A DNA stretch of 35,767 nucleotides, taken from assembly GCA_019058365.1 (NCBI GenBank), contig JAHPZE010000036.1, positions 1 through 35,767 on the forward strand, written 5' to 3'. A model generated the notes under the pieces. It did no database searches. It was given only the letters and a program-made list of their open reading frames with translations, and had not been told where the DNA came from. The position numbers and the translations under genes are program-made. This document shows, piece after piece, positions 27,133-35,767 of this stretch. Positions within the stretch are counted from its first letter, which is position 1, and each line of letters starts with the position of its first letter. This stretch comes from Promethearchaeota archaeon. Lineage in GTDB: Archaea > Asgardarchaeota > Lokiarchaeia > Sigyniarchaeales > SOKP01.

Positions 27133-28464
27133 TTGGTTAGACCTCCGACAGAAAAGAATATTTGTCTTCGATGTAAGGGTGCACGATTATTATGCGGGAA
27201 AAAGACTTGCCCAATCTTATTAAAAAAATCTGTAATGAAATCTTTGGTTCCTTTTGAATTAGATAAAACGAGAAAAAACGTTGAGATATTTGGCGCTAGT
27301 CCACCCGGATTTTTCGTTGGCCATTTTAATTATCCAAATGTGTACCTTGGGCCATTAGTACCATTTCAAGAATTTGAAACTGGACTTGACATTTCAGATT
27401 ATCATATTTTGGATGCACCTGAACTATGGTTTGGCAAAAAAATGGTTGATGTCATTCGGTATAGAAGCAGCTTAGTGAGGAGTAATTTTAAAACAAATGT
27501 ATTTATAGGTAAAAAGTCAAGAAAAAACACTCCTTCATTGAAAACTCAAAAATTATTAGAAACATCACAGGAATTATCAATGGCAGCAAGACCAGTAGAT
27601 ACAGAAACTAAATTAGAACGAATGAGTCTGAGAATGATGATGGATAATCATGCCTTACCAATGGGACCTTCTGGAATGACAGAAAAAATTGAAATTACTG
27701 AAAATACTAAAGTTCATCCTCAAGTGGATTACTGTGTTTCAGATACCGATTTAAAAGCATCTGAGGCAGTCTCAGAAAATTTATATTTTAAAGGACACGT
27801 TCCAGAATCTACGATTGAAAGAATATTCTCTGCTGGATTACTTGGTGAAAAAAATAGGCGTAGAATAGTACCAACTCGATGGACCATCACGGCTATAGAT
27901 GATATTATATCAAAATCACTAATTGAAGAGATTAAAATGTATCCAGAGATTGATGATTTTCAGATTTTTGAGTTGACATATCTAGATAATCATTTTAAAA
28001 TTCTGTTATTTCCAGGAAAATTCATATATGAGATGAATGAAGTATGGGCACCAAATACACTTTGGAATGTTTCTCTTGATGGTAAAAATCGAAATTTAAA
28101 ACCACAAATAATGACTGATTTTGAATTTTACGGGGGAAGAAAATCCTATGCAAGTAATATTACGGGCGCTTATTATGCTGCTAGAAAATCAGTTTGTGAG
28201 TATCTCTATAAGATAAGAAAACAAGCAAGAGTTTTAATTTTTCGAGAAGTCTCTGGAGGTTATGTAGTACCTTTAGGAGTATGGGTAATAAGAGAAACAG
28301 TAAATAATGCTATGTTTACAACTGATCCGATTAAATTAGATAATTTTAATGATTCTTTGAAAGCAATGGCAGATGGATTTAAGGTTGATTATAAATATTG
28401 GAAACAAAGTAGTAAATTGATTAATTTCATTAAAACACAAAAAACTTTAGATACTTTTATATAA
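27133..28464 (+). CDS. nreA: Archaeal DNA repair protein Nre with C-terminal PIP box
   Basis: CLRCKGARLLCGKKTCP, SPPGFFVG..YP, VPTRWTITAID, GAYYAAR, PLGVWVIRE, C-terminal QKTLDTF. Confidence 0.92.
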   Translation: MVRPPTEKNICLRCKGARLLCGKKTCPILLKKSVMKSLVPFELDKTRKNVEIFGASPPGFFVGHFNYPNVYLGPLVPFQEFETGLDISDYHILDAPELWFGKKMVDVIRYRSSLVRSNFKTNVFIGKKSRKNTPSLKTQKLLETSQELSMAARPVDTETKLERMSLRMMMDNHALPMGPSGMTEKIEITENTKVHPQVDYCVSDTDLKASEAVSENLYFKGHVPESTIERIFSAGLLGEKNRRRIVPTRWTITAIDDIISKSLIEEIKMYPEIDDFQIFELTYLDNHFKILLFPGKFIYEMNEVWAPNTLWNVSLDGKNRNLKPQIMTDFEFYGGRKSYASNITGAYYAARKSVCEYLYKIRKQARVLIFREVSGGYVVPLGVWVIRETVNNAMFTTDPIKLDNFNDSLKAMADGFKVDYKYWKQSSKLINFIKTQKTLDTFI

Positions 28465-28494
28465 CTTTCCTTATTTAAATTATAAAGTGATTTC

Positions 28495-29349
28495 ATGATT
28501 ATTGATATGCATGTTCATCCCTTTTGTAAAGAAGTTTCGTGGGATGACTTAAATAAGATAGCAGATGCAATGTGGTCATCTGATCCTTTTAGGAGAAGAT
28601 ATATGTATAAGATGTTAAAAAGTGTAAGTGAACATGTTTCGATAGATGACTATATTACTTTAATGGATGAGTTAGGAATAACTAAATCAGTAATTGTAAG
28701 TTTTAATGTGAAAACAGCTTACGATGTAATATTAGTAACTAATGAAGATGTAGCTAATCTTGTAAAGATTCATCCAAACAGACTAATTGGGTTTGCAGGT
28801 ATTGATATTCCCGCTCCTGGAGCACTTGATCAACTTGATTATGCAATAACCTCCTTAAATTTAAAGGGAGTAAAGATAGTACCTCCTGTTCAGAAGTTTG
28901 ATATTTCGGATAGGCAATATGATCCAATATGGAAAAAAATGATAGATCTTAATATCCCCCTATGGACTCACGGAGGTCATCAGGTTTCAACCGTGGGGTC
29001 AATAGCTAAATATGGACATCCTATGTTAATTGATGAAGTTGCTATGAGACATCAAGATTTAACAATAATAATTGGGCATATGGGAACCCCGTGGTTTTGG
29101 GACACTTATTCCGTGGTTCTACGGCATCCAAATGTATATGTTGATATCTCAGCCCATCATCATATATATTCCTATTTTCCATGGGATGCGTTTATAAAGG
29201 ACAAAATTGAACATAAAGTTCTGTTCGCCTCCGATCATCCCTTAGTTCATTGGAAACAAATTATCCCAGCAGTTAAAAATCTACAAATTTCAAAAGGGTT
29301 TAAAGAACGAATTTTTAGTGAGAATGCAAAAATGTTACTCAATATTTAA
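28495..29349 (+). CDS. Amidohydrolase_2 family metallo-hydrolase/decarboxylase
   Basis: IIDMHVH, LKGVK, WTHGG, IIGHMG, NVYVDIS, LFASDHP. Confidence 0.92.
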   Translation: MIIDMHVHPFCKEVSWDDLNKIADAMWSSDPFRRRYMYKMLKSVSEHVSIDDYITLMDELGITKSVIVSFNVKTAYDVILVTNEDVANLVKIHPNRLIGFAGIDIPAPGALDQLDYAITSLNLKGVKIVPPVQKFDISDRQYDPIWKKMIDLNIPLWTHGGHQVSTVGSIAKYGHPMLIDEVAMRHQDLTIIIGHMGTPWFWDTYSVVLRHPNVYVDISAHHHIYSYFPWDAFIKDKIEHKVLFASDHPLVHWKQIIPAVKNLQISKGFKERIFSENAKMLLNI

Positions 29350-29450
29350 TTACTTCTTTTTACTTGAAATGCGTTATTTTTAAGAAGAGAAAATTGATTA
29401 AAGATAAATCCTTTTAAGACTCATTATTTGATAACTAAGTTTAATTTTAC

Positions 29451-30335
29451 GTGATTTCTTTGATTTGGAAAACACAGATTAATAAATTAACTAAGACAAA
29501 ATATCCCCTTATCATGGCAGCATTTGCCGGATTGGGTAAAACAAAATTTGCGGCTTCATTCTCCAATGCAGGAGGTCTTGGAATCATAACCGCTTTGAAT
29601 TATGAAATTAATAGTTTCAAAAAGGAATTAGATAAAATGCATGAACTGACTGATAAACCTTTTGGAGTTAATCTCACAGTTGTCCCCCCAGGAGTTCAAT
29701 TTGGAGATGCTATTATAACAAATGATGATTATCTAAAATATTTAGAGGTTGCTATTGACAAAGGAGTGAATATTTTTACAACATCAGCATATCAGGCAAC
29801 TTTTCTTGGAGAAAGAATACGTGAAGCAGGTTGTTATTGGTTTCATAAATGTGCATTAATGAGACACGCAATATCAGCTGAGAAAGCAGGAGCAAATGCG
29901 ATAACCTTAATTGGTATGGAAGCCGCTGGCTTTAAAAATCCATACCAACATACGACTTTAGTGAATTTAACAATGGCTAAAAAGTTATTAACTATTCCCG
30001 TAATTGCAGCAGGGGGAATCGGTAATGCGCGAGGTTTTCTTGGAGTTTTAGCTATGGGTGCAGAGGCAGTTTGTTTAGGAACAGCTATATTAACAACAAT
30101 AGAAAGCCCTCTTTCAGTAGAAATGAAAGAAAATTGGATGAATACTGATATTTTCTCCGAAGAGTATCATAGAAGGCTTTATCATTTAACACTTGGACCT
30201 ACGAGAGTACCATCCTCCGCAATAGGGTTTCAAAAAGAAATAGTACCACTAAAAGCTTTCATTGAAAAACTCATGAATGAAGTAGAAGAAATTTTAAAAT
30301 CATGGGGTTTTACGAAAAAAGAATTTATTTCATAA
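29451..30335 (+). CDS. Nitronate monooxygenase/FabK-like FMN oxidoreductase
   Basis: SNAGGLGII, TDKPFGVN, GMEAAG, PVIAAGGIG, MGAEAVCLGT. Confidence 0.88.
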   Translation: MISLIWKTQINKLTKTKYPLIMAAFAGLGKTKFAASFSNAGGLGIITALNYEINSFKKELDKMHELTDKPFGVNLTVVPPGVQFGDAIITNDDYLKYLEVAIDKGVNIFTTSAYQATFLGERIREAGCYWFHKCALMRHAISAEKAGANAITLIGMEAAGFKNPYQHTTLVNLTMAKKLLTIPVIAAGGIGNARGFLGVLAMGAEAVCLGTAILTTIESPLSVEMKENWMNTDIFSEEYHRRLYHLTLGPTRVPSSAIGFQKEIVPLKAFIEKLMNEVEEILKSWGFTKKEFIS

Positions 30336-30493
30336 CCTAATTTAAAGAATATTCATTTATTCTTACTTCCTATTAAGAGCTAAGAGTTTATAATGGTTTC
30401 ATTTAAAAATAATTGAGACTAATTAAAATCAATTTACTAATATTGGAATTATTAAATTACATTAATGTTAAAATAACAAAAGAGAGAAAAATA

Positions 30494-31696
30494 ATGTCAA
30501 CTAAACCTAAAGTGTATTGGGCATCTCCAAATGAGGTAGCAGCTTTACCAAATACAGCTAGAAATATGGTCACTAATAACCTAGTAAAAACTCGCTTTAT
30601 TTTAGATAAAATTCTCGATCATATCGATTCTGGAGATAAAGTAGGGGTAAAAGTTCATGTTGGAGAGGCACATAATACACATTATTTACGTCCTGATTAT
30701 GTACGTGAAGTTGTAAATGCTATAACTACTAAAGGAGGTTTTCCGACTCTAATTGAAACTCAAGGAATTGGAAACAATATTGAAAATATTGCGATATGTG
30801 AAGATTACGATATTTGCGTAGGGCATAGGAAAAAAACTGAAGATCATAAAAAAATTGCCGAACTTCATGGATATTCTGAACCAATTATTGGAGCACCTCT
30901 ACAATTTATTGATGGTGATGAAGGTATTGATAGAAAGGTAGTAAATATTGAAGGAATTCAATTTAAAGAGGTTTCTGTCGCAAAGCATTTATTTGAATTT
31001 GACAAACTTGTAATAATATCTCATTTTAAGGGACATCCACAAGCAGGATTTGGGGGAGCATTGAAACAATTAGGAATAGGGTGTGTTACAAAGAGGAATA
31101 AACATTTAGCTCATTTTGATGGTCTTATTGAAGTTAATTTTAAAAAATGCGATTTATCATTATGCAAGCAAGAGTGTGTTTCTGCATGCCCTGTAGAGGC
31201 AATTAAAATTGAGAATGAACATGCTGTAATTGATACTTCCATCTGTTATGGCTGTTTTCGATGTACACAAAAATGTCCTGTTAAAAGGGCATTAAAAGGA
31301 CCTTCAATGAGAAATTTCCCTGACTTTGTCGAACGCTTTATAGATAATACTTTGGGTGTTTTGAGTTTTGGAGGTGAAAAAATTCGTTATATTAATTTTG
31401 CTTTCGACATTCCAGCTATGTGTGATTGCGTTCCAAATGCAGGAGTTCCTGTGGTACCCGACCTTGGAATTTTTGGATCATCTGATCCAGTAGCTATTGA
31501 TAAAGCGTGTGTTGATGCGGAAACAAATGCTCCAGGTCTTCCATTTCTTAATAAAGAAGGTGAATGGACTCAACCACTTGAGAAGGGAATTGAGAAATTT
31601 AAAGCATTGATGCCAATGGTTGATCCCTCCAATGTATTTAAAGCAGCTTTGAGAAATAAGTTGGGATCTTTAGACTATGAATTGGTTAAAATATAA
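30494..31696 (+). CDS. DUF362 domain protein with inserted 4Fe-4S ferredoxin domain
   Basis: KVHVGE, SHFKGH..AGFGGALKQLGIGC, CYGCFRCTQKCP, CDC, SSDPVAIDKAC. Probable start ATG 30494. Confidence 0.88.
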   Translation: MSTKPKVYWASPNEVAALPNTARNMVTNNLVKTRFILDKILDHIDSGDKVGVKVHVGEAHNTHYLRPDYVREVVNAITTKGGFPTLIETQGIGNNIENIAICEDYDICVGHRKKTEDHKKIAELHGYSEPIIGAPLQFIDGDEGIDRKVVNIEGIQFKEVSVAKHLFEFDKLVIISHFKGHPQAGFGGALKQLGIGCVTKRNKHLAHFDGLIEVNFKKCDLSLCKQECVSACPVEAIKIENEHAVIDTSICYGCFRCTQKCPVKRALKGPSMRNFPDFVERFIDNTLGVLSFGGEKIRYINFAFDIPAMCDCVPNAGVPVVPDLGIFGSSDPVAIDKACVDAETNAPGLPFLNKEGEWTQPLEKGIEKFKALMPMVDPSNVFKAALRNKLGSLDYELVKI

Positions 31697-31835
31697 GATA
31701 TTATATGTATTTTCAAAAATCATTCATTCTTTTTTATTAATTTAAATTCATCCGAAGATTTCTTTTTTAGATTTAAATGGATTCAAGTTAAATATATGGA
31801 TAAACTATACAATATATAAAAAAATAAATATTTAA

Positions 31836-33059
31836 GTGAAAATTGTGGCTCTTGCGGGTGAAAAAGTCGGAATTCCTTCCGCAGATGAAGCGCCTATGAT
31901 TGTTATGGCACGCTATAAACAGCCTCTTGCGGGAATTTTATCAATATTAATAATATTCATAATAAGTTGGATAACATGGTTAATATTCTTCGATCCACGT
32001 TGGCATAATCCTTATCCTAACCATGAAATGGAAATTACTGCGTGGGCAACTGTAATCGGTGGTTTTGGTTTAATAGGGGTGGTTTGGGCAATCTGGTTTG
32101 AAAATTGGCCTTATTATGGTTGGTTTCGTACTCCATGGAAAGTAGGACTTGTCGGAACAGCTATCAATTTTGTAATCATATTGATTTTTACACTAGTACT
32201 TTTACCATTATTTAATTCATTTTATGGCAGTCAAATCACAGATCCTTATATAGCATGGTTCGTTGGGGCTTCAATTTTTGGGGCATTGAGTGGTTCTTGT
32301 TTTTCTTTTGCTGTTCTTTGGGTTGCTGGAACTATGTATTGGCCGTTTTTTAAATTTAAACAGCCTAAACGCGGAATTATTATTTGGTTTATTGGTAATG
32401 CCATAACCATTTTGGTCTGGTTTTTTTTATTCTTTCCTGCGGGTGAACGTACAAACATAACTTCCGAGGTTAACGCAGTTAAACCAATAACTTTCTTTCC
32501 CAGTTATGCCTTCTCACTTGGATGGACGCAATGGTTGATTTTCTTTTCGCTATTAACAATGATGGTATTTGAGTATTGGCCATGGAGTAAACTAGGGCGG
32601 AAACAACCCTTTATCGGGATGATAGCAGCAGGTGCTTGTACAGTATTAGGTTTACTCGTTTCTTTATTGGGACCTTATATTGCTCAATACATTTTCGATC
32701 CTTTTTTCCAAGTAATAGGTGGAATACCCCCTGATGAAATAACTCGACTTAAAGGTTGGTATATGATGAGTATTACGTATGCTATATTTCTCATATGCGC
32801 TGTAGTGTTAGTTTCTCTTTTCTTTGATAATTGGCCAAAAAAATATACTCAATGGAAAAATTTTGTTTTTAGGTTTCTTTTAGTTATTGGAATAGGAACT
32901 TTAACTTTTCTGGGTTATTATCTATTATCACCAATCTTGTTTGGCGATACAACAAATTACTGGGAAATGAATCCGACTCCTTTTGTTTTGTGGTTTTTAT
33001 GGATTGAAATCTTATTTGCATATGTATGGAGAAAATGGCCAATATACAAAGCAGTTTAA
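31836..33059 (+). CDS. Uncharacterised ~10-TM membrane protein with five internal WP repeats; putative transporter
   Basis: FENWP, MYWP, FEYWP, FDNWP and WRKWP recur every 68-85 aa. Confidence 0.65.
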   Translation: MKIVALAGEKVGIPSADEAPMIVMARYKQPLAGILSILIIFIISWITWLIFFDPRWHNPYPNHEMEITAWATVIGGFGLIGVVWAIWFENWPYYGWFRTPWKVGLVGTAINFVIILIFTLVLLPLFNSFYGSQITDPYIAWFVGASIFGALSGSCFSFAVLWVAGTMYWPFFKFKQPKRGIIIWFIGNAITILVWFFLFFPAGERTNITSEVNAVKPITFFPSYAFSLGWTQWLIFFSLLTMMVFEYWPWSKLGRKQPFIGMIAAGACTVLGLLVSLLGPYIAQYIFDPFFQVIGGIPPDEITRLKGWYMMSITYAIFLICAVVLVSLFFDNWPKKYTQWKNFVFRFLLVIGIGTLTFLGYYLLSPILFGDTTNYWEMNPTPFVLWFLWIEILFAYVWRKWPIYKAV

Positions 33060-33088
33060 TGATAGAACTGTATAGGTGATTCAATCAG

Positions 33089-34639
33089 ATGGTTAAAGTA
33101 GGAGAAACATCAATACCAGAAGAATATTCCTGGATTGGGGATTGGGCAGGTCGCCGTGCTTTGCTTACTCCTAATCGTGAAGCAATCTTAGATAACATTA
33201 AAAAAAAAACATATACATATGAAGAACTTGACTTTAGAGCGAATAAACTTGCACGGGTGCTGATGGATCATGGAATCTCAAAAGGAGATCGTGTTGCAAT
33301 GTTCTCAACAAATAGAATTGAATGCGTGGATTTATTTTTGGCAACAGCTAAGATCGGAGCAATATTAGTCCCTTTCAATATAAGATTAACAATTCAAGAA
33401 TTAGATTACTTGATTAAAAAAACTGGACCCACTATTTTTTTCTATGAACCAAAATTAAAATCTCAAGCGATTGAAATAAAGGATAAAAATTTAGTTTCCC
33501 AATACGTGGTGATGGGTGAAAAATCAGTATTAAGTGATCCCTCATCTTATGATTTAACACAAAAAATCTCAAATACCCCCATTGAAAGACCTATTATTAA
33601 CTTTGAAGATCCACACCTAATTTTATTCACAGGTGGTACTACAGGGCTTCCAAAGGGAGCAACTCTTTCACACAGGCTTATTTTTTGGAATTCTGTAAAT
33701 ACAATCCTTTCATGGAGTTTGAGACCCGATGATATTCAACCACTTCTGTTTCCGTTATTTCATACAGGCGGTTGGAACGTACTTTTAGTTCCATTTTATC
33801 ATCTTGGGGCTAAGACAATATTGATGGGTGATTTTAAACCCGAAGAAACTATTGAAGTTATAGAACGAGAAAAATCCACTATTGTAATTGGAGTTCCAAC
33901 TATGTTTCATATGATGGCAAACACCCCACAATTTAAATCTACTAATTTTGATTCTGTAAGGATATTTATATCTGGGGGTGCACCATGTCCAGTTGCTATT
34001 ATGGAAAACTATTGGGCTAAAAATAAACCATTTAAAATGGGATATGGATTGACTGAAGTAGGACCTAATAATTTTTACTTACCTGAAGGTAAAATTAAAC
34101 AAAAACCTACTTCTGTTGGTTTACCCGTAATTCACTGTGATATGAAAATTATCGATACAAAAACAGACGAAGTTGTAAAACAAGGAGTAGTTGGAGAACT
34201 CTTACTGAAAGGACCTCATATATTTTCTGGATATTGGGATGAACCGGAAGAAAGCAAAAAAACTATAGAACCAGATGGGTGGGTTCATACAGGAGATCTA
34301 GCTATGCAAGATAATGAAGGATTTTATTATATTGTAGGTCGTAGAAAAGAAATGTACATTAGTGGTGGAGAAAATGTTTATCCTGTGGAAATTGAAGAAT
34401 TACTTTTTAAACATCCTGCAGTTGATTTGGCAGCTGTGATAGGCGTAGTTGATGAAAAATGGGGAGAAGTGGGTAAAGCTTTCCTAACTCTAAAACCCGG
34501 GAAAACATTACACGAAGAAGAAATCCGCGAATATTTATTTGATAAGCTTGCTAAATACAAAATTCCTAAATATATTGAGATTAGGGATTCTTTACCAACT
34601 AGTGCTACTGGTAAAATTTTGAAAAGAGAACTAAAATAG
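33089..34639 (+). CDS. Acyl-CoA synthetase (AMP-forming, FadD/MenE-like)
   Basis: FTGGTTGLPKG, GYGLTE, HTGD, GRRKEMYISGGENVYP, GKILK. GGTGA SD. Confidence 0.95.
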   Translation: MVKVGETSIPEEYSWIGDWAGRRALLTPNREAILDNIKKKTYTYEELDFRANKLARVLMDHGISKGDRVAMFSTNRIECVDLFLATAKIGAILVPFNIRLTIQELDYLIKKTGPTIFFYEPKLKSQAIEIKDKNLVSQYVVMGEKSVLSDPSSYDLTQKISNTPIERPIINFEDPHLILFTGGTTGLPKGATLSHRLIFWNSVNTILSWSLRPDDIQPLLFPLFHTGGWNVLLVPFYHLGAKTILMGDFKPEETIEVIEREKSTIVIGVPTMFHMMANTPQFKSTNFDSVRIFISGGAPCPVAIMENYWAKNKPFKMGYGLTEVGPNNFYLPEGKIKQKPTSVGLPVIHCDMKIIDTKTDEVVKQGVVGELLLKGPHIFSGYWDEPEESKKTIEPDGWVHTGDLAMQDNEGFYYIVGRRKEMYISGGENVYPVEIEELLFKHPAVDLAAVIGVVDEKWGEVGKAFLTLKPGKTLHEEEIREYLFDKLAKYKIPKYIEIRDSLPTSATGKILKRELK

Positions 34640-34643
34640 GTCG

Positions 34644-35672
34644 ATGTTAAAAATGGAACTACGTCCAGTTGGTTTAGAATCATGGGGGATTTATATTCCT
34701 AAAAAAAGGCACACAAGTGATTATATTGCTAAAGAGACAGGGATTCCAAAAGAAATTATTGAAGAAAAATTTGGTCTTAAAAGCAAATCTGTTCCTGGAC
34801 CAGGTGATCATACGGTTGCTATGGGTGCTAAAGCAAGTTTTCAAGCCCTTGAAAGAGCTAACATTACACCTGAGGATTTGGACGTAATTATTTGGGCTGG
34901 AGAAGTTTATGCTGAACGACCGATGGTGGTAAATGGCATAAAACTTCAACAATTATTAGGGAATCCAATGAATTCATGGGCTTTTGATGTCAATCAGAGG
35001 TGTGGAACATTCTTAGTCGGAATTTTGATTGCAAAAAGTCTAATACAAATGAACCCAAATATTAATAGAATATTAGTAGCAAGTGGTTATAGGAATTGCG
35101 ATTTGATTAATTATAAAAATCAGAGATCCAGATTCATGATTAGTTTAGCTGCCAGTGGGGTCGCAGCAATTATTCGAGCAGATTATAAAAAAAATGAAAT
35201 TTTAGGTATTAGTGCTATTTCAGATGGTAGATTTGCAGATGATGTTTATGTCCCAGCAGGAGGCACAATCCAACCTATTACTTCAAAAGCATTAGAAGAT
35301 GGATTAAATTATTTAGATGTTCCTGATTCCGATGGTTTAAAGACTAGATTGGATAAATACTCTATGGATTCATTTGTAAAGGTAATTGATAATGCCTTAA
35401 CTCAATCTGGTCATGTACGTGAAGATATAGACTATTTAGCTTTATTACATATGAAAAGAAGTGCCTTTGAGTATGTAGCTAGAACTGTTGGTGTAGATCC
35501 ATATTCTCAATCAACTTATTTTGAAGAAATTGGTCACAATGGACAGAATGATAGTATAATTTCAATTGAATATGGAATTAGAGATGGAAAAATCAAAAAT
35601 GGGGATATAGTTGTAATGGTATCAGCGGGGATAGGATGGGCATGGAATGCAGGGGTAATCAGATGGGGTTAA
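34644..35672 (+). CDS. 3-oxoacyl-ACP synthase III (FabH)-like condensing enzyme
   Basis: Catalytic Cys in NQRCGT, LLHMK, GHNGQND, SAGIGWAW. Confidence 0.88.
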   Translation: MLKMELRPVGLESWGIYIPKKRHTSDYIAKETGIPKEIIEEKFGLKSKSVPGPGDHTVAMGAKASFQALERANITPEDLDVIIWAGEVYAERPMVVNGIKLQQLLGNPMNSWAFDVNQRCGTFLVGILIAKSLIQMNPNINRILVASGYRNCDLINYKNQRSRFMISLAASGVAAIIRADYKKNEILGISAISDGRFADDVYVPAGGTIQPITSKALEDGLNYLDVPDSDGLKTRLDKYSMDSFVKVIDNALTQSGHVREDIDYLALLHMKRSAFEYVARTVGVDPYSQSTYFEEIGHNGQNDSIISIEYGIRDGKIKNGDIVVMVSAGIGWAWNAGVIRWG

Positions 35673-35689
35673 TAAATCTGGAATTAAAC

Positions 35690-35767
35690 CTTTACTTTAT
35701 TCTTTTTTTACTTTTCAGTATCTAATGAAGTATTTATTTATCTTTAATTTTTTATTTTTTTTATTCC
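35690..35767 (+). terminator. Oligo-T terminator region
   Basis: Several T-runs of 7 or more after the last gene. Confidence 0.45.

Noticed and set aside
1809-34952. Short antisense or overlapping ORFs in the track (e.g. 1809-2174, 14752-15003, 25413-25784, 34378-34683)
   Set aside because: They are shadows of well-supported genes, with no motifs or ribosome-binding sites.

Overview
AT-rich (roughly 30% GC by eye), gene-dense archaeal chromosomal segment. It is most likely Asgard/Lokiarchaeia, inferred from three small Ras-superfamily GTPases, a TPR protein with a longin-like tail, NreA with a PIP box, GGTGA/AGGTG Shine-Dalgarno motifs, and TATA/BRE promoters. No rRNA, tRNA, CRISPR array or transposase was recognised. 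Gene order: (1) a coupled pair of coiled-coil + C-terminal winged-helix proteins; (2) an LCM-type methyltransferase; (3) a TetR/flavodoxin/ferredoxin-membrane/CPBP unit with a visible operator array; (4) a molybdenum-themed block; (5) two tandem Rab/Roc-like GTPases and a gamma-carbonic anhydrase; (6) a GTPase with an Arf-like N-terminal helix next to a TPR-longin protein; (7) a hydrolase with a cassette inserted at a 150-bp duplicated 3' end; (8) an ABC-2 exporter; (9) NreA; (10) an acyl-metabolism cluster. The best candidate for an undescribed system is the Mo block (5.9-16.5 kb). A ModE-type palindrome sits directly behind a TATA box, ahead of membrane-anchored, Cys-less sulfite-oxidase-fold proteins, a DOMON heme protein and a complete ECF transporter. 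These are followed by a Mo-enzyme/cytochrome b561 fusion, MoaD, an atypical MoaB and MoxR/VWA. The hypothesis is a molybdopterin (Moco/Wco) scavenging and import system. Other leads are a possible -1 frameshift fusing MoxR to VWA, and ATA/CTG start codons that restore GTPase N-termini missed by the ORF track. All family assignments come from motif recognition by eye; no searches were run.
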